Shown one piece after another: positions 17,430 through 22,521 of a DNA stretch of 22,521 nucleotides; position 1 is the stretch's first letter; the number at the start of each line of letters is the position of its first letter. The notes beneath the pieces were generated by a model, which was not told the origin of the DNA, made no database searches, and saw nothing but the letters and a program-made list of their open reading frames with translations. The position numbers and the translations under genes were made by a program. This DNA comes from Patescibacteria group bacterium (GTDB lineage: Bacteria; Patescibacteriota; Gracilibacteria; JAYELJ01), in the NCBI GenBank assembly GCA_034717395.1, contig JAYELJ010000025.1:1-22521 (forward strand), given 5' to 3'.

Positions 17430-18065
17430 TTATATTTTCCCTGCAAGATCAACTCCAGGAATCAATGTTTCTCCATTAGAAGAGAACGACATTGGACATA
17501 CTTGGTTTGGATTTTTGCGCATGTGTTGAAGTGCTTCGATCTGACGAATTACTTCTTCTACGTTACGACCAAGACCACCAGCTGTCATTTCGATTCCTTG
17601 TACTGTTCCGTCTGGATCGATAATGAAACGACCACGATGAGCAAGACCTTCTTCTTCGATAAGTGTTCCGTATGCACGGCAGATAGCTGTAGAAGGATCT
17701 GCTACAAGAGGGTATTGTACTTTTCCAATAGCCGCTGATGTTTCGTGCCATACTTTATGTGACCATTCTGTATCTGTTGATACTCCGATAACTTCTACAC
17801 CAAGTTCTTTGAAACGATCATAGTGAGCAGCAAGATCTGTTAGTTCTGTAGGACATACAAATGTGAAATCTGCAGGGTAAAAGAATAATACTACCCATTT
17901 CCCATGATAATCTGTCAGGTTGATATCTTTAATTTCTCCATTGTGGAATGCTTTTGCAGTAAATGCAGGAGCAGGAGCTTCCAGCTCAACAAGAGTACCA
18001 GTATCCATAAGATCAGATACTGTGTATTTATCTTCCATTGAATTATCAAAAAATACTGTTGCCAT
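17430..18065 (-). CDS. Typical 2-Cys peroxiredoxin (AhpC/Tsa family)
   Basis: Peroxidatic FFYPADFTFVCPTEL and resolving NQVCPMSF near the C-terminus. The start could instead be one of two internal Met (M10 or M20). Confidence 0.93.
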   Translation of the reverse strand: MATVFFDNSMEDKYTVSDLMDTGTLVELEAPAPAFTAKAFHNGEIKDINLTDYHGKWVVLFFYPADFTFVCPTELTDLAAHYDRFKELGVEVIGVSTDTEWSHKVWHETSAAIGKVQYPLVADPSTAICRAYGTLIEEEGLAHRGRFIIDPDGTVQGIEMTAGGLGRNVEEVIRQIEALQHMRKNPNQVCPMSFSSNGETLIPGVDLAGKI

Positions 18066-18099
18066 ATGTATAATTGAGTTATGTGAGTAAAGTATATTC

Positions 18100-18127
18100 A
18101 GTATAGAGAGTTGTTCTCATTTTACAA
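18100..18127 (-). promoter_or_regulatory. Candidate peroxiredoxin promoter TTGTAA-16 nt-TATACT (minus strand)
   Basis: On the plus strand, TTACAA at 18122-18127 and AGTATA at 18100-18105 with a 16-nt spacer, about 35 nt upstream of the ATG at 18065. Confidence 0.4.
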
Positions 18128-18147
18128 GATGAAAGTTGTCTCATTTT
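18109..18147. repeat. Two direct copies of AGTTGT(T)CTCATTTT flanking or overlapping the peroxiredoxin promoter
   Basis: Copy 1 at 18109-18123 and copy 2 at 18134-18147, 25 nt start to start. One copy lies in the promoter spacer and the other just upstream of the -35. Confidence 0.45.
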
Positions 18148-18148
18148 T

Positions 18149-18787
18149 CTATTTTTTTCTATATTGCAAAAGAAAGACTTTTTTCCCTTCTGATACCCAT
18201 CGTTTTTCAAATACGGTAGTGATATAGTTTTCTTCTTTTATATCTGAGTTATGAAGATCCAGGCAGTGTTTTGTTTCTTGAAAAGTTGCTTTTTTGTGAG
18301 CAAACAGAATACGGGTCCAGAGAAAGTATTCATATTCATCTGTTTTGAGTTCGATAGTCGCATCTGTTTTGAGTTTTTTTGCTAGCGTATCAATTACATC
18401 CATTTGAAAGAAACGTTTTTTCCAATCGCGTTTCTTTGGCCAGAGGTTCGGGAAATAGATATAGAGTTGTTTTATTGAGTTATCTGGAAGATTTTCGATA
18501 CAGTTCCAGTAGTCATCTGATATGAGAGCAAAGCTTGTATTGTCAGAGAGGGATTTAGTTTTATGCAGTCATTTGACCAAACGATCGTTACGAAGGTCAA
18601 CCCCTATACAGAGTTTACCTGGGTTTGTTGATACCAGGTGGGCAAAATAATCACCATTCCCCGGTCCTATTTCTAGGATGATATTATCTGGATTTGGGTG
18701 TGATATGGTAAAATCTTTCATCCCATCGAAAAGATGTTCTGGGTGTTGGAAAAATTCCGCGAGTTGTTTTGATTTTTGACGAGCCAA
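18149..18787 (-). CDS. trmB: tRNA (guanine46-N7)-methyltransferase TrmB, 212 aa, with one in-frame TGA (Gly) at 18569-18571
   Basis: Track ORFs 18569-18787 and 18149-18403 join in frame: ...ILEIGPGNGDYFAHL...GVDLRNDRLVK-G-LHKTKSL...QLYIYFPNLWPKKRDWKKRFFQMDVIDTLAKKL... SAM motif is EIGPGNG and the TrmB signature is FP(D/N)xWPKKR..KRR. The annotated start is TTG at 18787. The first ATG is at 18721. Confidence 0.88.
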
Positions 18788-18806
18788 TGGAGTTAAAAGT
18801 TAAAAG

Positions 18807-19676
18807 TTAGAGATATTTATGTAACAATTTTGCGATATCTATAGCGTACTGTTGATCTATAAAATGAGGGGAAGTTGCAAGAGTTATAAGGTCAGCATGC
18901 TTCGCATAGTAAGAAATAATTCGTACTTTGTCTTCTGTGTTTATATATTCACTGTCAGGCATAAAGATATCTATATCTATGTTGAGGATGAGGGATTGGT
19001 TTTGGCTAGTAGAGACGCGATTAATCGCGTCTCTACATGGTAATGGTATTTCTTCAAACTTACCACTTTCACAGATACTTGTGAGTTTCTTTATATATCC
19101 TGCTTGGAATCCAGCATCTATATAGTCAGCTATTTGCAGCTCAGAGCTTGGTATGCCTGGATAATAATATGGGCAGGGAGCTTCATCTCTGTGTGCATCT
19201 ATGTGCACTAGCTGAAATCCTGTGTCTATAATTTTATGACCTATGCACTGCTCCCATATAAGGTAAACATGATTATGATTGTCTATCAATGAGATGGGTG
19301 TTTGAGAACTCTGAGTTTTTGAGATTAGGAATTTCTCGAGTCCATTTTGAATATCCCAGTTGTCATATTCATCATAGTCTTGAAATACAGGCTTGTCTCC
19401 TATGTATGCTTGGCTAAAATCTTCAGCATATTCGAGAGAGGGAATAAATAATTTTTCTACAGCTGTACTTGGTCTGGTGTCTAAAGAAAAGCTATTATTT
19501 CCTACGCCAATACCAATCCATGATGGAGGAGTATATATCCTTTGCAAGTCTTGTGAGTCATACTTTTTAGAAGAGTTATTACTTTTATCCTGATACTGCT
19601 GCAAAAGCAATTCGATATTTTGGAGTTTTTGTGTGTATTTCATTATACTCGCATCATACGTAATATTTATATTCAC
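18807..19676 (-). CDS. UPF0489-like protein (arginase/deacetylase-like HxDxHxD motif), function unknown
   Basis: LIDNHNHVYLIW...LVHIDAHRDE and later LILNIDIDIF...ITLATSPHFID resemble the UPF0489 (C5orf22-type) pattern hhFDSHPD ... LDIDLDFF. Recognised from memory only. Start is GTG at 19676 or ATG at 19643. Ends 19 nt upstream of trmB. Confidence 0.6.
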   Translation of the reverse strand: MNINITYDASIMKYTQKLQNIELLLQQYQDKSNNSSKKYDSQDLQRIYTPPSWIGIGVGNNSFSLDTRPSTAVEKLFIPSLEYAEDFSQAYIGDKPVFQDYDEYDNWDIQNGLEKFLISKTQSSQTPISLIDNHNHVYLIWEQCIGHKIIDTGFQLVHIDAHRDEAPCPYYYPGIPSSELQIADYIDAGFQAGYIKKLTSICESGKFEEIPLPCRDAINRVSTSQNQSLILNIDIDIFMPDSEYINTEDKVRIISYYAKHADLITLATSPHFIDQQYAIDIAKLLHKYL

Positions 19677-19779
19677 ATCAATAGAATTATCGACACTCTT
19701 TTTTTATTATTTGCCCTGAGTTTTATTCCTTTGTTTCTTTTGATTTTTGTATCTGGATATAAAAAAATATAAATACCTC

Positions 19780-19808
19780 TTGTCAAACACTTGTAAACTT
19801 TGTATAGT
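19780..19808 (+). promoter_or_regulatory. Promoter TTGTCA-17 nt-TATAGT for the PIN-PhoH gene
   Basis: TTGTCA at 19780-19785 and TATAGT at 19803-19808 with a 17-nt spacer. Confidence 0.5.
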
Positions 19809-19816
19809 TGGATATA

Positions 19817-19839
19817 GATTATAGCAAAGGGCTATAATC
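19817..19839 (+). promoter_or_regulatory. Perfect 9-bp inverted repeat GATTATAGC-AAAGG-GCTATAATC just downstream of the promoter (operator or 5'-UTR hairpin)
   Basis: Arms at 19817-19825 and 19831-19839. The repeat lies between the -10 element and the GGAG SD (19881-19884) of the gene that starts at 19891. Confidence 0.45.
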
Positions 19840-19890
19840 AATGAGAAAATGTATAAAAATATATTATAAGAGAGCCTAAAGGAGAAATAG

Positions 19891-21435
19891 ATGGCACATA
19901 TTCAAGAGATAAAAAGAGAAAAAAAACCTTTCGTAGGAAATACAGTAGCATCAAAAAAACAAGAGAAGAAACTGATGATACTGGATACAAATGTCATTAT
20001 TGATGATATTACTACACTAGTGGCATTGTATTCTGGAGGAGATAATCAGTTGTATCTACCGAATGTTGTTTTTAAAGAGTTGGATACAAAAAAGAATCAT
20101 AGGGATTATGCGGTTGCATATGGAGCAAGAGAATTTGCGCGAGTAATGGAAAGTCCAAAGATTCTTGAAACTTGGTGGGAAATTGGTAAGGTGAAAAATA
20201 AGAAAGTTTTTGAAGATCTTATTATGAAAATGGAAGTATCTATTTATGGACAGAAAGTTGTTATTCATTCTGTTGCAAGAAGTGAATATCGAGTAGATAT
20301 ACCATATGAAAAAAGAAGAGAAGGTTTTCCTGAAAACCAGAATGACCAAAGAATATTGGAAATAGCAGAGGATTATAAAGGGGTAGTGATATCAAATGAT
20401 AAGTATATGCTTATAAATTCACTTATTTCTGGTATCGAAATTCAATCTGTAAGATATGGATCTGTTCAAGAAGATGTTACTAAAATCCCTGTTATCAGAA
20501 AATTCTCTATTACCGAGGAGTTGTCTCAAAAATTTGGAGAAGATAATTATCTTATGCCAGGAGATATTCCAGGGTTTATAGATGCAGAGTTATCAGAATA
20601 TACACCTATTGTATTGAAAAATGGATATGATATAAATTGTGTGTATGAAAAAGGAAAAATCATACCTCTTGATGAAAGTCTTTGGGAAAAGTCTCTTATT
20701 CAACCACTAAATAGAGAACAAAAGTATTATATGTATCAGCTACTTCATCCAGATATACGTGTAGTGGTAGCACAGGGTGTAGCAGGTTCAGGGAAAAACC
20801 TTCTCTATTTGGCTGCGATGATAGTATTGTTTCAAAATAACACTATTCAACAGATTGGATATGGAAGAAGTCCGGTTGCTGTAGATGATAATCAATCTGA
20901 TATGGGATATAGAAAAGGGGGTATGGACCAGAAACTTGGTGTCTATCATGCGCCTTGGGAAGATGCAAAAAGAGATATCGCTATTGCTTTTTTGAAAAAA
21001 GAATCTAAATCAAAAAACAAGCAATCTTCAAAAGATTCGATATTCTTTGATGATGAAGTTGTTCAGAAAAAAGTTGAGGAGATAGAAGAAAATTTCAAGA
21101 TGTATACTATTGATTTTTCTACAATGAGAGGGTCAAAAATTCGTGGTGGTGGTTTTCAAATGGATGAAGCACAAAATAATCCTAAATCATTAGCAGCGAT
21201 GCTGATGACACGGATAGAGGATCAACCAGGAAATATGCCAAAGATTGTGATAACAGGAGATAATAATCAGATTGATCATGCGTATTTAAATGAAAAAAAT
21301 AATATGCTGGCAATTACATTTTCAGAATGTTTGAAGTCTCATAAATACGCCGTAAGTTCTTTAAATAAAACCTATAGAGGGGGAGTAGCTGAGGACTTTG
21401 CTCAGATATTTGCTAACTTAGGAAAGAGATCTTAG
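19891..21435 (+). CDS. PIN-domain + PhoH-like ATPase fusion (YlaK / PhoH2-like), divergent
   Basis: PIN: LMILDTNVIIDD, VFKELD, NDQRILEIA, VISNDKYMLINS. PhoH: PLNREQKYYMYQLL, Walker A GVAGSGKN (Asn where Thr/Ser is usual), MGYRKGGMDQKLG, Walker B FQMDEAQN, ITGDNNQIDH. Strong SD AAAGGAG. Confidence 0.85.
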   Translation: MAHIQEIKREKKPFVGNTVASKKQEKKLMILDTNVIIDDITTLVALYSGGDNQLYLPNVVFKELDTKKNHRDYAVAYGAREFARVMESPKILETWWEIGKVKNKKVFEDLIMKMEVSIYGQKVVIHSVARSEYRVDIPYEKRREGFPENQNDQRILEIAEDYKGVVISNDKYMLINSLISGIEIQSVRYGSVQEDVTKIPVIRKFSITEELSQKFGEDNYLMPGDIPGFIDAELSEYTPIVLKNGYDINCVYEKGKIIPLDESLWEKSLIQPLNREQKYYMYQLLHPDIRVVVAQGVAGSGKNLLYLAAMIVLFQNNTIQQIGYGRSPVAVDDNQSDMGYRKGGMDQKLGVYHAPWEDAKRDIAIAFLKKESKSKNKQSSKDSIFFDDEVVQKKVEEIEENFKMYTIDFSTMRGSKIRGGGFQMDEAQNNPKSLAAMLMTRIEDQPGNMPKIVITGDNNQIDHAYLNEKNNMLAITFSECLKSHKYAVSSLNKTYRGGVAEDFAQIFANLGKRS

Positions 21436-21443
21436 CTGTATCA

Positions 21444-21471
21444 AACCAGAAGTTTATACTTCTGGTTTTTT
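21444..21471 (+). terminator. Rho-independent terminator
   Basis: Perfect 10-bp stem AACCAGAAGT (21444-21453) / ACTTCTGGTT (21458-21467), loop TTAT, then a T-run. Confidence 0.85.
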
Positions 21472-21528
21472 ATTGATTTTAGTCTATGATTTCGTTATCC
21501 TATATACAGATGAAACAAGGAGTCCATC

Positions 21529-22008
21529 GTGAAAAAAATAACAGTTAGGAGAATTGAACAGTCTCCAAAGGATAATCTAGATATGGTTCATATTGTTATT
21601 CCAGGGAACCAAGTATCTCTGGAAAAATCAGCAAAAAAGAAGTATGTCGTTCATCAGCTTTTGTATACAACAGATGAATATTCAGGAAGAAAAGCTACAG
21701 AGGTAATTTTGAAGAAAAAAACTCCTGAAATGATACAAGATATCAGACAAGAAAGATTTGCTCTCAGACAGCTCAATAGAGCGATTTGTGGTCAATCTTA
21801 CCCTCTTTCTTCTCTTGAAGAACACTTGGATGATATTATGGAGATAGCTACTGGTCAGGAATATGATTGTCTTTTTGATGGAAGTAATAGTTTAGTCCTT
21901 ATGTCAGAAGAAGATATATTTGCTGACTTGGAAGAAGACTCATTAGTTACAGCATACTCTGACAATATAACAGGATTTGATTCTCTTTTGGATAAATTAT
22001 CCGCATAG
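21529..22008 (+). CDS. Hypothetical protein, 159 aa, with an acidic C-terminal half
   Basis: GTG start preceded by the SD AAGGAG with 6-nt spacing. Lies between two strong terminators. No recognisable family. Confidence 0.7.
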   Translation: MKKITVRRIEQSPKDNLDMVHIVIPGNQVSLEKSAKKKYVVHQLLYTTDEYSGRKATEVILKKKTPEMIQDIRQERFALRQLNRAICGQSYPLSSLEEHLDDIMEIATGQEYDCLFDGSNSLVLMSEEDIFADLEEDSLVTAYSDNITGFDSLLDKLSA

Positions 22009-22013
22009 ATTGT

Positions 22014-22049
22014 ATAACCTAACACTGTGTTGTTAGGTTATTTTGTTTT
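22014..22049 (+). terminator. Rho-independent terminator
   Basis: Perfect 11-bp stem ATAACCTAACA (22014-22024) / TGTTAGGTTAT (22031-22041), 6-nt loop, then TTTGTTTT. Confidence 0.85.
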
Positions 22050-22064
22050 ATAGAATCTTTTGGC

Positions 22065-22316
22065 ATGTTAGATTCCAGAGCGTTGTTTGCGGTTCTTACC
22101 ATGGAATCGACTATGAATCTGAATCAATGGTTACTTGTTACATTGACAGCAGGAGTTGAAGGGTCAATGTTATCTATTGGTTCGGCAGCAGGAGTAGCTC
22201 TCATGGCTACAGCAAGAGGAGTGTATACTTTTACCGCTCATCTGAAATACACCCCAGTAATTGCTCTTGGATATGCGGCTTCGATTGGAGCTCATCTTAT
22301 GATCAATGGTTCATAA
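22065..22316 (+). pseudogene. C-terminal remnant (83 aa) of an NhaD/ArsB-type ion transporter
   Basis: LLVTLTAGVEGSMLSIGSAAGVALMATARGVYTFTAHLKYTPVIALGYAASIGAHL resembles the last two helices of NhaD-family Na+/H+ antiporters (..SIGSAAGVA.MG....tF..hLK......GY..). The frame closes at TAA 22020-22022 inside the upstream terminator, so no N-terminal ~350 aa is present. Confidence 0.5.
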
Positions 22317-22333
22317 GATGAGCAGATATATTT

Positions 22334-22359
22334 CTCGGGTTTTTGCCCGGGGATTTTTT
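22334..22359 (+). terminator. Rho-independent terminator
   Basis: Stem CTCGGG (22334-22339) / CCCGGG (22346-22351) with one G-U pair, loop TTTTTG, then GA TTTTTT. Confidence 0.6.
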
Positions 22360-22425
22360 ATTCTTGGTTTTTTTATGGATTACTATATACTTGATCTAAA
22401 TACCTTTTAACTTTTGTTCTCTTCT

Positions 22426-22521
22426 ATGGCTCAGACATTTATCCGAAAGACTATCAATGGAAATCAGTACAACATCCTCGATCTTCCTCATACAAATATA
22501 TTCAAGTTTGAAGTAGTAAAT
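22426..22521 (+). CDS. Hypothetical protein, 5' fragment running off the window edge
   Basis: ATG at 22426, open for 32 codons to the window end (MAQTFIRKTINGNQYNILDLPHTNIFKFEVVN). Too short to assign. Confidence 0.35.
   Translation, partial: MAQTFIRKTINGNQYNILDLPHTNIFKFEVVN

Noticed and set aside
1465-18787. Reading the split ORFs (hicA, GT26 gene, rsmA, bcp, trmB) as pseudogenes, frameshifts or selenocysteine sites
   Set aside because: All breaks are in-frame TGAs with no frame change. Where the consensus is known they fall at Gly rather than Cys positions. They affect essential housekeeping genes. I saw no SECIS-like hairpins immediately downstream. Recoding explains all of them at once.
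18791-18811. Three tandem heptamers AGTTAAA-AGTTAAA-AGTTAGA at the UPF0489/trmB junction
   Set aside because: It is too short and AT-rich to distinguish from chance and does not recur elsewhere in the window. It is noted only as context for the junction.
1-22521. CRISPR arrays, rRNA or tRNA genes, transposases, integrases, reverse transcriptases
   Set aside because: Reading both strands I found no repeat-spacer periodicity, no cloverleaf-compatible sequences and no recombinase or RT motifs. Only the short repeats listed above were found.

Overview
This ~37% GC bacterial segment is almost certainly from a Candidate Phyla Radiation lineage that reads TGA as glycine (translation table 25: Gracilibacteria/BD1-5 or Absconditabacteria/SR1). 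The supplied ORF track uses the standard code and so splits at least five real genes (hicA, a TagA/WecG glycosyltransferase, rsmA, bcp, trmB). Each rejoins in frame across a TGA, and where I know the family consensus, that TGA sits at a conserved Gly. The left half is core: an S41 peptidase, hicBA, a GT26 glycosyltransferase, two orphan genes, then rpoB-rpoC-greA-ssb. The right half is more accessory: small membrane proteins, rsmA, a GGDEF cyclase with a Cys-rich N-terminus, an O-antigen-ligase-like protein, two peroxiredoxins, a YfcE-like phosphoesterase, trmB with a UPF0489-like gene, a divergent PIN-PhoH ATPase, an acidic orphan, an NhaD-like transporter remnant and a partial ORF. Most worth a second look are the recoding and its side effects: a toxin gene carrying TGA codons, a TGA at the point where four genes would be expected to end, and no TGA at all in the highly expressed genes. 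Also of interest are a hidden basic ORF after ssb, a promoter-to-terminator RNA unit before rpoB, the orphan GGDEF protein and the PIN-PhoH cassette beside a truncated transporter. I found no rRNA, tRNA, CRISPR array, transposase or integrase. All homology calls come from motif recognition by eye, with no database search.
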